A DNA stretch of 64,000 nt, taken from the NCBI GenBank assembly GCA_963833985.1, contig CAWIAD010000001.1:1120001-1184000 (forward strand), given 5' to 3'. The translations under genes and the position numbers were made by a program. Every line of letters begins with the position of its first letter. Position 1 is the stretch's first letter. Under the pieces are notes generated by a model that was not told the DNA's origin, ran no database searches, and saw only the letters and a program-made list of their open reading frames with translations. This document shows, in pieces, positions 34,877 to 45,922 of the stretch. Source of the stretch: an uncultured Planctomycetaceae bacterium (lineage in GTDB: Bacteria > Planctomycetota > Planctomycetia > Isosphaerales > Isosphaeraceae).

Positions 34877-37800
34877 ATGTTCACAAGAATCCTCCACCGG
34901 CCGGCGTTTGCGATCGTTCTTTCGATCATCATCCTCTTCCTGGGAGTGATGGGGATCAAGACTCTGCCGATCGCGCAGTTCCCCGACATCGCACCGCCCA
35001 CCGTGATGGTTTCCATTTCTTATCCCGGCGCCAGTGCCAATGTGCTGGTGGAATCGGTTCTGATTCCGCTGGAGCAATCCATCAACGGCGTCCAGAACAT
35101 GCGCTATATCTCGTCTTCCGCGACGAGTGCCGGCGAGGCGGCGATCATCATCTACTTCGAGCCGGGCACAGATCCAAATATCAACGTGGTTAACGTACAG
35201 AACCGGGTGAACATCGTCCTCTTTCAGCTTCCACCCCTGGTGGTGCGGGAGGGGATCCTTGTCAGCCAGGTCGTTCCTAGTATGCTCATGTACGTGAATA
35301 TCTACAGCACGGATCCAAACGCCGATCAGAAGGACCTCTTCAACTTTGCCAACGTCTACGTCATGCCCCGGCTGAAGCGCATCAAGGGGATGGGCATCCC
35401 CAGGAATCTCGGCAACCGCATCTTCGCGATGCGGGTCTGGCTGAATCCGGATCGCATGCGCGCCTACAGCCTTTCCTCCGACGATGTCATGAAGGCGCTG
35501 TCAGAGCAAAGCATCATAGGTTCGCCCGGTCGACTCGGCCAGGCCACGGGGAAAACGTCTCAATCCAAGGAATACGTGCTGACCTACATCGGACGCTTCA
35601 ACAAGCCAGAGCAGTACGGAAATATCATTCTGAAAGCGAATCCCGACGGGGAGATCCTGCGAATCAAGGACGTCGGTGAAGTGGAGCTGGGGCCTCAATT
35701 CTTCGACATTTACTCGGATATCAACGGGCACCCCGCGGCGTCCGTCGTGCTCAAGCAGGCTCCCGGTTCCAACGCCGCCGAGGTGATCGAGGCGATCAAG
35801 ACGGAGCTTGAGCTGATCAAGAAGGAATCGTTCCCCACCGGCATGGACTACGAATTCGCCTACGACGTCTCCAAGTTCCTCGACGCCTCGATCGAAAAGG
35901 TGCTGCACACCTTGCTCGAGGCGTTCATACTTGTGTCGCTCGTTGTCTATATGTTCCTCGGGGATATACGATCCACGTTGATCCCGACGCTCGCGGTTCC
36001 GGTGTCCCTGGTCGGGACCTTCTTCGTCCTGCAACTCATGGGCCTGTCGATCAACTTGATCACGCTTTTTGCGATGGTTCTGGCGATCGGTGTGGTGGTC
36101 GACGATGCCATTGTGGTGGTCGAGGCCGTGCATGCCAAGATGGCCCAGAAGCACTTGTCTCCCTACCGGGCGACCATGGAGGTTGTGCACGAGATCTCTG
36201 GCGCCATCATTGCCATCACCCTCGTGATGACGTCCGTTTTCGTACCGGTGACGTTCATTCCCGGCGCAGTGGGCACATTCTACCGCCAGTTCGGGATCAC
36301 GATGGCCACCTCAATCATCCTGTCCGGACTGGTGGCCCTGACGCTGACGCCGGTCCTCTGTGCGATGATTCTCAAGCCCCACCCGCACACGGGCAATGGC
36401 AATGGCAATGGCAATGGCGACCACACCGACACCGATGAGCACACGATCACTGACAACGGCGTCAGCCACGAAGAAAAGCCGCACGGAATGGGACTCAAGG
36501 TGCTCTTTGCTCTGGGAGGGTTGCTTGTCCTGGGAGGAGTCACATACGTAGCCTACGAACTGTGGGGACCGATCGGATTTCTGCTCATTCTCCTGCCGTT
36601 CGTGCAGCGTCCTTTCGACCGCGCCGTGGAGAGGGTCACGGGCGGTTATGCCGCGATTGTGCGGGGGATCGCCACGCGACGCGTGTTCACCATGGCCGTC
36701 GTCGCGGCCTTTGCCGCCGGCATCGTCCTTGTCAACACGAAGCTCGCGACAGGCTTTATCCCCGGCGAGGACCAGGGCATCATCTACGCCGTGCTTCAAA
36801 CGCCTCCAGGCTCGACACTCGAGTACACCAACGACAAGTCCCAAAAACTCGAAACCATCGCCAAGCAGATCCCCGAAGTCACCTCGGTCACCTCACTGGC
36901 CGGTTACGAGGTCCTGACCGAGGGCCGCGGCTCGAACTCGGGAACCTGTATCATCAACCTGAAAACCTGGTCCGACCGAAAGCGGACCGCACGCCAGATC
37001 ATCATGGATCTCGAGGAAAAATCCCGTGAGATCAGCAACGTGAAACTCGAGTTCTTTGAGCCACCCGCCGTTCCCGGCTTCGGCACTGCCGGCGGTATCT
37101 CGATGCTCGTGCTGGACAAGACCTTCTCCGCGGATTACGTACGGCTCGGAGAAGTGACCGAGAAATTCATGGCCGCACTGAAAAAGCGCAAGGAGGTGAC
37201 GAACCTGTTCACCTTCTACGCCGCAAACTACCCGCAGTACGAACTGATCATCAACAACGACGTCGCCATGCAGAAGGGCGTGTCGATCAAGACCGCGATG
37301 GACAACCTCAACATCCTCATTGGCAGTACCTGGGAGCAGGGATTCATTCGCTTCAACCAGTTCTTCAAGGTATTCGTCCAGGCCAAGCCGGAGTTCCGAC
37401 GCTATCCGGAAGATCTGGACACCCTGTTCGTCAAGAACGACAAGGGGGAGATGGTGCCCTACTCGGCGTTCATGACGCGCGTCAAGAAACAGGGCCTGAA
37501 TGAGATCACCCGGTACAACCTCTACACTTCGGCCGCAATTCAGCTTGCACCGGCTCCGGGCTTCAGCACCGGGCAGGCAATCCAGGCAATCAAGGAAGTG
37601 GGCGCCCAGACGCTGCCTCGTGGTTTCGACGTCGGCTGGTCCGGCCTTTCTTACGATGAGTCAAAGAAGGGGAATGAGGCTGTTTACATTTTCCTCATAG
37701 TCATCGCCTTCGTCTATCTCGTGCTGATTGCCCAGTACGAGAGCTTCATCCTGCCTCTCGCCGTGATCCTTTCACTTCCGGTCGGGCTCTTCGGCTCCTT

Positions 37801-38263
37801 CCTCTGCTTGCAGGCCATGGGCCTCGCGAACGATGTCTATGCCCAGATTGGTCTGGTCATGCTGGTGGGTCTGCTGGGTAAGAACGCCATCCTGATCGTG
37901 GAATTCGCGGTCCAGAGACGACGGGAGGGGGTGTCTCTCTGGGATGCGGCGGTGGAAGGCGGAAAGTTGCGTTTCCGGCCGATTCAGATGACCTCCTTCG
38001 CCTTCATCGCCGGCCTCCTTCCGCTGGTCGTGGCCACCGGCGCCGGGGCGATCGGCAATCGAACCATCGGCACCACGGGAGCCGGCGGCATGCTCGTCGG
38101 CACGGTCTTCGGTGTCCTGATCATCCCGGGCCTCTACTACCTGTTCGGCCAGCTTGACGGCGGGCGCAAACTTCTCAAAGACGAGACCACTGAACCTCTC
38201 ACCGAGCGTTTCGGACACCACGAACACGTCGAGCACCACGAGCACCACGAAAACCACGAGTGA
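34877..38263 (+). CDS. RND efflux permease (HAE1/AcrB-like)
   Basis: RPAFAIVLSIII, QFPDIAPPTV, GVVVDDAIVVVE, GLLGKNAILIVEFA, RFRPIQMTS. Confidence 0.97.
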   Translation: MFTRILHRPAFAIVLSIIILFLGVMGIKTLPIAQFPDIAPPTVMVSISYPGASANVLVESVLIPLEQSINGVQNMRYISSSATSAGEAAIIIYFEPGTDPNINVVNVQNRVNIVLFQLPPLVVREGILVSQVVPSMLMYVNIYSTDPNADQKDLFNFANVYVMPRLKRIKGMGIPRNLGNRIFAMRVWLNPDRMRAYSLSSDDVMKALSEQSIIGSPGRLGQATGKTSQSKEYVLTYIGRFNKPEQYGNIILKANPDGEILRIKDVGEVELGPQFFDIYSDINGHPAASVVLKQAPGSNAAEVIEAIKTELELIKKESFPTGMDYEFAYDVSKFLDASIEKVLHTLLEAFILVSLVVYMFLGDIRSTLIPTLAVPVSLVGTFFVLQLMGLSINLITLFAMVLAIGVVVDDAIVVVEAVHAKMAQKHLSPYRATMEVVHEISGAIIAITLVMTSVFVPVTFIPGAVGTFYRQFGITMATSIILSGLVALTLTPVLCAMILKPHPHTGNGNGNGNGDHTDTDEHTITDNGVSHEEKPHGMGLKVLFALGGLLVLGGVTYVAYELWGPIGFLLILLPFVQRPFDRAVERVTGGYAAIVRGIATRRVFTMAVVAAFAAGIVLVNTKLATGFIPGEDQGIIYAVLQTPPGSTLEYTNDKSQKLETIAKQIPEVTSVTSLAGYEVLTEGRGSNSGTCIINLKTWSDRKRTARQIIMDLEEKSREISNVKLEFFEPPAVPGFGTAGGISMLVLDKTFSADYVRLGEVTEKFMAALKKRKEVTNLFTFYAANYPQYELIINNDVAMQKGVSIKTAMDNLNILIGSTWEQGFIRFNQFFKVFVQAKPEFRRYPEDLDTLFVKNDKGEMVPYSAFMTRVKKQGLNEITRYNLYTSAAIQLAPAPGFSTGQAIQAIKEVGAQTLPRGFDVGWSGLSYDESKKGNEAVYIFLIVIAFVYLVLIAQYESFILPLAVILSLPVGLFGSFLCLQAMGLANDVYAQIGLVMLVGLLGKNAILIVEFAVQRRREGVSLWDAAVEGGKLRFRPIQMTSFAFIAGLLPLVVATGAGAIGNRTIGTTGAGGMLVGTVFGVLIIPGLYYLFGQLDGGRKLLKDETTEPLTERFGHHEHVEHHEHHENHE

Positions 38264-38752
38264 CAGACATGCGAAGCGGTTGATGGCAATGCTGGTTGGC
38301 AGACACCGGCATTATCATATGAAGACGCAGTTGTGCATGCATATCTAAACGTTCATGACGGGATTTCACAGTGCCGGTCTCGCTGAGTCGCGCGACTTCC
38401 GTCGCTGGATTTCGCGCCGTTCTCCAATCCTTCTGTTCGTTCGCGCGGATTCTCGGACTTATCGGTACAACCGGTAAAGTTCTCCCCCCCTATCGGTCGA
38501 ATGTAGAGACTGGATCGTTCGCGCGGGACGTGCTGTTCGTCGTGCCGTCCAGCGTCGATTCTTCTTTCCCTCACGCGGGGCTGGAACCAGAGTTGCCGGT
38601 ATCCTGCGACGGAGCGAGGGGCCTGGAAAACTGATTTTCAGCCCGGGAGAGAAGAGTTTTCAAGGACCGGATGCGAACGCAATTGCCCAATTGTACACCG
38701 GTTGGCAAACGAACGCTGCTGATCCTGGTCCGGGACCTCAAGGACGAGGTTT

Positions 38753-40642
38753 ATGATCTTGCAGGAAGGCTGGTTACGCACGAAGCAGTTGAGGCGGGTC
38801 TCTACGATCGGCATCGTTTGCGGCTTTCTGCTGGTTTTGCCGTCGTGTGGAATCCCCGGGCTACGCCCTGCGGCTCCGTTACCAGCTCTACCGCAAGACT
38901 TTAACGGAGCGGCCAGCGAGGAGAACTCATCCCAGGTTCGGATCGAGGAGTTCTTCGATGATCCACTGCTGACACGTCTGATCAGCCAGGCCCTGGCAGG
39001 CAGCCAGGAGTTAAGAATCCTGAATGAGGACATCCAGATTGCCAATAACGAGGTTTTGGGTCGGTCGGGTGCGTATCTTCCCTTCGCTGGACTCGGAGGC
39101 AGCGCGGGACTGGAGAAGCTCAGCGGATTCACTCCTCTGGGAGCCGCTGAGCGGCAACTCGATTATCTTCCTGGCAAAGGATTTCCCGACTGGTCGGGCA
39201 ATTTTCTTCTGGCCGCCAACATTTCCTGGCAAGTGGACATCTGGAGGCAATTGCGGAATGCCCGGGACGCGGCGAAGCTGCGCTACTTTGCCACCAGTGA
39301 GGGGCGGAACTACACGGTGACCCGGCTCGTCGCGGAGGTCGCCGAAAATTATTATATGCTGATCGCACTCGATAAACGACTTGAAAACCTGGATAACATC
39401 ATTGCCCTTCAAACAAAAAGTCTCGAGATTGCCAGGGCGAAGAAGGAAGCAGCGCGCGGCAGCCAGCTGCCTGTCCTCCGCTTTCAGGCCGAGGTCGCCA
39501 GAAACCAGAGTGAAAAGCTCATCGTCAGTCAGGACATCGTCCAGGTAGAGAACCGTATCAACTTCCTCGTTGGTCGCTTCCCGCAGGCTGTCGAACGCTA
39601 CAAGGGGGATTTCATCAATCTGAACTTGCGTGCCCTGAGCGTTGGGCTCCCCATGCAATTGCTCCATAACAGGCCCGATATCCGTCAAGCCGAGCGTGAG
39701 CTGGCGGCGACCGGGCTCGACGTGAAGGTTGCCCGTGCCCGCTTCTTTCCGCAACTGGCCGTTGCGGGCCCCATTGGCCCCGCCGGGCCGTACAGCCCCA
39801 TCGGCTTCCAGGCTTTTAACCCGAGATATCTTTTCTTCACTCCAGAATCATTCCTCGCCAGTGTTGCTTTTGACTTTGTCGGCCCAGTCATCAACAGGAG
39901 GGCCATCCAGGCCGACTACCTGAGCGCGAACGCGCGGCAACTCCAGGCCGTTTACAATTACCAGCGCGTCATCCTGAACGCCTTTGCCGAGGTGATCAAC
40001 CGCATCTCGAAGGTGCAGAAGTACGGTAGGAGTATCGAGATCAGGAAGCAGCAGGTGCAATCGCTCGTGGCATCCGTCGAAGCCGCGAGCGACCTTTTTC
40101 AGAACCCCCGCGCCGGATTAGAGGTCGACTACCTGGACGTGCTCACCGCCCAGCGCGACCTCTGGGATGCCAGAAGGGTACTGATCGACACCAAGCAGGA
40201 GCAACTGTCTGCTGTCGTGAATGCCTATCAGGCGCTCGGCGGAGGCGGCTACCTGTTGCCGACGCCTCCTCCGAAACCGGTACACGGTCATCATTGGCGA
40301 AGCTACTGGGGGATCCCAAAACTGGGACATGCGGCTGCACCTCATCCGGGACCGCTCCCACCTCCGCCGCCGAACGGTCCAGCACCGCCTCCCGCATCGA
40401 CGCCGCCAGTTAATCCGGGACCGCTTCCCGTACCAGCACCGGCACCGCCCAGCGGTCCCGGACCATTTCCACCGGGGGCGCCATCAGGCGGTCCGGAGCC
40501 GCCTCCCGCGCCGGCTGCGGAAAAGCTTCCGGAACCGCTTGCAGCTCCGGAAAACGGAACAGGGGCAGCAGGAGGAACAGGCGCAGGAGCAGCAGGAACG
40601 GGGGCAGGAACCGTTCCAAATGGAGGTCAACCTCCGCGTTGA
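38753..40642 (+). CDS. TolC/NodT-family outer-membrane efflux lipoprotein with a Pro-rich tail
   Basis: LLVLPSC lipobox, FFDDPLLTRLI, SWQVDIW, NRPDIRQAE, YQALGGG. Confidence 0.93.
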   Translation: MILQEGWLRTKQLRRVSTIGIVCGFLLVLPSCGIPGLRPAAPLPALPQDFNGAASEENSSQVRIEEFFDDPLLTRLISQALAGSQELRILNEDIQIANNEVLGRSGAYLPFAGLGGSAGLEKLSGFTPLGAAERQLDYLPGKGFPDWSGNFLLAANISWQVDIWRQLRNARDAAKLRYFATSEGRNYTVTRLVAEVAENYYMLIALDKRLENLDNIIALQTKSLEIARAKKEAARGSQLPVLRFQAEVARNQSEKLIVSQDIVQVENRINFLVGRFPQAVERYKGDFINLNLRALSVGLPMQLLHNRPDIRQAERELAATGLDVKVARARFFPQLAVAGPIGPAGPYSPIGFQAFNPRYLFFTPESFLASVAFDFVGPVINRRAIQADYLSANARQLQAVYNYQRVILNAFAEVINRISKVQKYGRSIEIRKQQVQSLVASVEAASDLFQNPRAGLEVDYLDVLTAQRDLWDARRVLIDTKQEQLSAVVNAYQALGGGGYLLPTPPPKPVHGHHWRSYWGIPKLGHAAAPHPGPLPPPPPNGPAPPPASTPPVNPGPLPVPAPAPPSGPGPFPPGAPSGGPEPPPAPAAEKLPEPLAAPENGTGAAGGTGAGAAGTGAGTVPNGGQPPR

Positions 40643-40811
40643 TCACCCGTCGATGAGCGTTTTCTGCCTTCCGGTGGTGAGGCACGACGCTGATCTCACG
40701 CGCGTGCGATTGGTCCAACGGGGACTGCGGTCAGCTCGGCGGACGAGACTCGCAGTGGAATCTCAGGAGGCCGCGGAGGCAGTGGAGATCCACCAGCCTG
40801 CGCGAAGAAGA

Positions 40812-41390
40812 ATGGCACGCGAAGAATTGAATATAAGTAGATGTACCGTAACGTTGCACGTCGTGTCAAGTCTTGATGGCTTCATTGCCAGGCACGACAA
40901 CAGCATCTCGTGGCTCGACAATTCCGGAGACGTCTACGACGACGGGATTTCTGAAGCGAGTGCTGAAGGAATCGTCGAGGCTATCGACTGCTATGTGCTG
41001 GGATCGCGCACGTATGAGCACGCCCTTCAGCTCGGCTGGCCCTATGGTGATACTCCGACCGTGGTGGTCACCAGTAGAGAACTGCCGTCCACGAGGAAGA
41101 GCGTGGAGTTCTATTCGGGCGATCTCAAACGTCTGGTTGAGGACATACTCGCCCCCCGATATAGAAGCATCTGGCTTGTCGGAGGGGCCATGCTGTGCCA
41201 GAGTTTTCTCAGGCTGGACCTGGTGGATGAAATCAGATTGGCGGTCATGCCGGTCTTGCTGGGCGACGGCCTGCGCCTGTTCGGTCATTCCAGCACGGAA
41301 AGGCGATGGCGCCTGAAGGACGTCATCGCTTTCAAGACCGGAATCGTTGAGTTGGCGTATGGGCGCGAAACAAGCAGTTGCTCACCCTGA
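40812..41390 (+). CDS. Dihydrofolate reductase / RibD C-terminal family protein
   Basis: VSSLDGFIA, LGSRTYE, IWLVGGA, LVDEIRLAVMPVLLGDGLRLF. Confidence 0.92.
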   Translation: MAREELNISRCTVTLHVVSSLDGFIARHDNSISWLDNSGDVYDDGISEASAEGIVEAIDCYVLGSRTYEHALQLGWPYGDTPTVVVTSRELPSTRKSVEFYSGDLKRLVEDILAPRYRSIWLVGGAMLCQSFLRLDLVDEIRLAVMPVLLGDGLRLFGHSSTERRWRLKDVIAFKTGIVELAYGRETSSCSP

Positions 41391-41492
41391 AAGACGGCTG
41401 AGACCGCCGGCAGGCACGTTTCCGGCCGGGTGGCGCCAGGGGATGGGATTGCTCCTCTGGGCTCCCATGGATTGGTACTCGGATGCGGCCGA

Positions 41493-42493
41493 TCATGGTG
41501 CATCACCGGGTGGCCGTTCGGGATTCGGCGTGGGAACGAAGCTGCGACGCACGGCCGGGGAGAAGCCAAGGCCGGTGGTCAGCGAGATGGCCACCGTGGC
41601 CGTCTCGACCTTCTCGGGCACGGTCATCCGGAGAGTGCAGGTCTCGAGCTTGCTGGCAAGCTGGTAATACGTCTGGTGCAGCGACCCGCTCGAGCCCGAC
41701 CCGCTCTGTCTCGCCTGGACTGGCTTCCCGTCAGTCCCGAGGAAAGCGATGTCTCTCACCCCCATCAACGGACCCTGATGGAACAGGACAACCTGTGTTC
41801 CCTCTTGCGCGCCTTGCCGCAGGCCCATCATCTCGTCTTCATCGGACAGACTGGCGATGATCATGGGAAACGGACTCGTGGTGATCTTGTCCAGCTTGAG
41901 ATTCACGTTCTTCTGCTCCACCTGCTTTTCACCCTGAAGATACGCCAGAACCAGGCTGGCCTCGATGCGAATCGTGTTTGCGCCGCTTGCCGGTAACTGG
42001 GCCGAATGTATTGTGACGGTCGCGCGATGGCCTCCAGGATCGACGTCCGCCTCGAAAGTCGGTTCCATCACCCCGGGCGGCAGCAGGCCATTTCCCTGTG
42101 CAGCGTCCAGGTTCTCGAGCAGGTTGGTGCCCCGGTCGTCGGTCAGCCGTGTGAGCCGGCATTCTTTGGTCCGGACGCTCTGGATCAGCCGATTCGGCTC
42201 GTCCACCAGGAAGGTGAGAGTCGTGCCTTCTCTCGGCACAGCCTGGTTCCCGAAGCCCATGGGCGCGGAAACCTGGCTCGAGGACCTGTGTGCGGAGGCT
42301 CCGGCTTGACCAGGTGCAGACGCAGGAGCGTGACCCGGGGCGGGCCCTTGAGGCTCCGGGAATCCCCGGCCTCGGCCGGCGGTTCCGGATGCGATTTCGA
42401 GAGCTGGGCCTCGAGGACCGGCGACATCGTAGCCAGCCAGGCCGCCACTCCGGTCACGATTCCAGGTGCGCACCAGCGTGCTGAATGGCTCAT
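41493..42493 (-). CDS. Hypothetical secreted protein (frameshift near 42295)
   Basis: Signal-like MSHSARWCAPGIVTGVAAWLA in one frame; body LTRLTDDRGTNLL..ISLTTGLGF in ORF 41493-42575. Confidence 0.65.
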
Positions 42494-42897
42494 GTTCACT
42501 CCCGCCTTGATTGTGCACGTTCCGGGCGATGTCTGCCGCAGCCACCACAGACATCGCTGAGTATACCCGGCGCATCCCGTCGCAACTTCAGGAGATTCTC
42601 GAGCAGATGAGGACCAAGGCGAGTTTCGGGGACACCCGACGTGCTTGCTCATCGCCAGGGTCCGCTCAAGATCTCGCGAACAGGCGCTCGGAGAAACTGC
42701 GGCACAGGCGCTCCAGCTCCAGATCGCTGAGTGTTAGCTCGGCGAGGTGGCGGACAGCGGGAGCCCAACCACGGGACACACAGAAGGTACGGATCAAAGC
42801 AGACAGTGCGATACGAGTGCTTAATAGTGGATCTTTGATGGGCGTATAGAACGCACCTATACTGAGTCATTGACTCTCGGTCTTGTCGGATCGGGAC

Positions 42898-43018
42898 AAC
42901 CACAAAGGGCACGAAGAACACAAAGAAAGAGCAAACGCAAGAAAGAGCAAACACCAGGGACACTCCGACACCTTGAGGTATCCTGGTTTTCTTGGTGACC
43001 TTCGTGTCCTTGGTGGTT
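42898..43018. repeat. Imperfect inverted repeat with 9-bp periodic arms
   Basis: AACCACAAAGGGCACGAAGAACACAAAGAA (42898-42927) vs the reverse complement of 42989-43018, AACCACCAAGGACACGAAGGTCACCAAGAA. Confidence 0.8.
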
Positions 43019-43057
43019 CCAATTTCCTTCTGCTGTGGATGTGTCCCATGCCCCGGT

Positions 43058-43420
43058 TCACGCGCGGACGAACTGGTGTCGTGGCAATCTTCGCACCAGG
43101 CGCTTCGGCTCCAGGACGCGGAGAGTTAGCTCGGCGGGATGACGGACGGGGGTCTCGTCGGGGGCGGTGTGGAGCTCGCGGACCAGGGGGCCAAGCTCTT
43201 CGAGGATGTCGTCCACCGTTTCGACGAGCCTGCCACCGTCACGGATGAGGCGATGGCAGCCGCGACTCGTGATGCTGTCGACGGGGCCCGGGACGGTGAA
43301 GACCTCGCGGTTCTGCTCCATGGCGTGGTGCGCGGTGGAGAGCGAGCCGCTCTTCGGGGCGGCCTTACCGTGATTACGCAAATACCGAAGCATAACGTAT
43401 GAAGTTTACGCTGCGGAAAC
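43058..43420 (-). pseudogene. dprA: dprA 3' fragment, copy C (degenerate 5' part, internal in-frame deletion)
   Basis: [60 protein letters not shown]; degenerate FPQR..LCFG upstream. Confidence 0.92.
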
Positions 43421-44134
43421 TGGCCAGACTTGCTATGGACGGGATTCGAATCCCGATTTGAATCGGGAAAGTCGCCGGTGGTTCACCCGCTCAGGAGTTT
43501 GTCGATGCTGGCGGGCACGTTAAGTCGAAGCGGTGAATCCGTGGCTTCCAATCGACCACCACGAATTCGTGAGCCGCTTCATGATCGTTCAACACCAGCG
43601 TACAGGGGTTGTCCAACTTGAACGAGATAAGTACCTCATCGCGTCGTATGGTGCACCGGACCAGAGGACACCTGTGCAAGGATTTGTCCTCGGTATTCGC
43701 TCCGGGTTGTGATTGACCCCATGCCGCGAGACTCAGGCGGACCACATACCGCGATGCGGAGATAGGTAGGATGTCTCAGCAAATCGGCGGCACCAGCCAC
43801 CGGCCGGTCAACCGCATGTCGTTTTGACAGTTCCGGTCGACGCGATCGGTGTCGCGTTAAAGCCACGGTGTAGCCAAAAAACAACCTGAACCAGCCATCC
43901 GGCCCTCAGAGTGCGAAAAAACGCGTGAATGCCTGGAATGAATCACCGCCCATCGCTAAGCTTCCTGGGTCTACATGCCTCAACTCAGATTAAGTGCGAC
44001 TCGCATAGCCGTCAGATCAAGTCATGGTGCCCTACGCCCTCCCTGTCATTGGGACATGGTAAGCGGAGACAGAGCGCGATCCAACTGTCGAATCCCCAGC
44101 AGAGGGGGATGTTGCAAAATGTGAGAGGTATCTC

Positions 44135-44770
44135 ATGAAACGGTCAGTGTTGTGGGCGGCGGTTCTGCTCATCGGAGCACTGGAGGAATCAAAGGCGGGG
44201 GAGATCTACTGGCCCGTGACAGGTCAGTCGTATCCTACACCCACGGGCCCCTTTCTTACCGTTCCGTATGACGCGACACTTTTCTTGCAGCCAGTCGGCG
44301 GCAGCGCGGGTGCCATTACTGAGTTTGGAATTGGCACGTCAATTCAGGACCATATTGCTTACTTCACTGGCTTGCCCTTCAATCCGAGCCCACCCGGCGC
44401 AGTCGAGGTGGGTTATGTCACTGCGGGAACCAGCCTCAATTTTTACGAGAAGTCAGACTGGCTGGGCGGCACGTACTGGGCGTTCTCCAACCAGTATGCG
44501 ACGGACCTTGCTTCCTTCATTGCATTCTGGGATCCGACCCTGAGTTTTAGTTCCACCGGGAGTATTGTCCAGCAAACCAGCCCCACGACGTGGGTGCTGC
44601 ACCTGGATGATGCCGCGTCCTTTCTTGTAGATGATAATAACTACGACGTGTTGATGCAGGTGACTCTGATCCCCGCTGCCGTACCCGAACCCTCGTCCCT
44701 GAATATGTTCATCGTCTCGCTTCTCGGATCGATCGGTTTTGCCTGGCGACGTCGGAAGCAGCTTGCTTGA
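44135..44770 (+). CDS. PEP-CTERM surface protein
   Basis: GAGAGG RBS, signal peptide, AVPEPSSLNMFIVSLLGSIGFAWRRRK. Confidence 0.9.
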   Translation: MKRSVLWAAVLLIGALEESKAGEIYWPVTGQSYPTPTGPFLTVPYDATLFLQPVGGSAGAITEFGIGTSIQDHIAYFTGLPFNPSPPGAVEVGYVTAGTSLNFYEKSDWLGGTYWAFSNQYATDLASFIAFWDPTLSFSSTGSIVQQTSPTTWVLHLDDAASFLVDDNNYDVLMQVTLIPAAVPEPSSLNMFIVSLLGSIGFAWRRRKQLA

Positions 44771-45234
44771 AACCGAATGGTCGGAGTGACCAGGACTGCC
44801 AGTGTCAATCAACTTTCACAGTGGCGTTTTCTGCCGTCCAGTGAGAAACGGTACGGACGTCAGTGAATCGCAACGGAGGTCACTGGGTGTGACGACGGCC
44901 TGCATTCGTTCCTGGTTTAATGTAGACGGGGACATTGCATTGCGGGTGTCTGGGTGTGGGGGATGCCAGTTCGTTGTTTTGGTTGCAACTTGCATTTGGA
45001 AAAGGCACCGAGGTACTCGGCGGAGTGCCGCGGCGGCGCCACCTTGCACCTGCAAAAAACCTCGCCGTCGCGTGAGCCAACGCCCGGCGGAGTATTGTTG
45101 ACCGTAGTGAGGGCCATGAATGCTCGATCGACAAACTTGCACAGTTTGTCGCGACCAGGACCGAACATCGCTCGGGTCCGGCTCTGGCGTGTTCCGGGGA
45201 CGCTTTGGAAAAATCAAAGCCCGGCCTGCGGAGG

Positions 45235-45705
45235 TCATGCTCGCACGAATTGGTGGCCGGGAAGCCGGCGCACCAGGCGTTTGAGCTCCAGGACGCTCAA
45301 TGTCGCCATGACCTGCGAGGCGGTGAGTCTGGTGGCCGAGATCAGCTCGTCCACCCCGACAGGATGGTTGTCGAGCTGGCCCAGCAGCGACCGCTCCTGA
45401 TCGCTGAGAGCGAGCTCGGCGGGATGACGGACGGGGGTCTCATCGGGGGCGGTGTGGAGCTCGCGGACCAGGGGGCCAAGCTCTTCGAGGATGTCGTCCA
45501 CCGTTTCGACAAGGCGCGCGCCGTCGCGGATGAGGCGATGGCAGCCGCGGCTGGCGATGCTGTCGACGGGTCCGGGGACGGCGAAGACCTCGCGATTCTG
45601 CTCCATGGCATGATGAGCCGTGGAGAGCGAGCCGCTCCGCGGGGCGGCCTCGACCACGACCACACCAAGACATAAGCCGGAAATGATGCGGTTGCGCTGG
45701 GGAAA
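45235..45705 (-). pseudogene. dprA: dprA 3' fragment, copy B (156 uninterrupted codons from FPQRNRII to the stop)
   Basis: About 15 aa differences from the C-terminal 156 aa of the intact DprA (manual count); the 5' half of the gene is absent. Confidence 0.95.
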
Positions 45706-45862
45706 CCGGCCAGACTTACTAGTGGTGCATGTGCCCGGCTGAGTGTACCGATGTTGCCAGTAGCGGGCGCGGCGGCGACCGCTGGGGAAGCGGGTCTACG
45801 TGGCGCGAGGGTGCCGCTGGCGATGCAGCCACTACCCCAGGCGCCAGGCTGATGTCCAAGCC

Positions 45863-45922
45863 TAGGGAGTTGCATATAGTATCCCCGGAACATAGGGAGT
45901 TGCGTATGGTGTTTCCGGAACT
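45863..45922 (+). repeat. Two tandem 30-bp copies of the GTATGGTGTCCCCGGAAC-type motif
   Basis: TAGGGAGTTGCATATAGTATCCCCGGAACA / TAGGGAGTTGCGTATGGTGTTTCCGGAACT. Confidence 0.85.

Noticed and set aside
32600..41400. RND region as a mobile island
   Set aside because: It looks somewhat lower in GC, but no integrase, transposase or boundary repeats were found.
43438..43470. tRNA T-arm-like palindrome GACGGGATTCGAATCCCG as a tRNA gene or tRNA att site
   Set aside because: There is no cloverleaf or CCA end, and it has an extra base relative to GGTTCGAATCC. It is treated as a simple palindrome within the arm.
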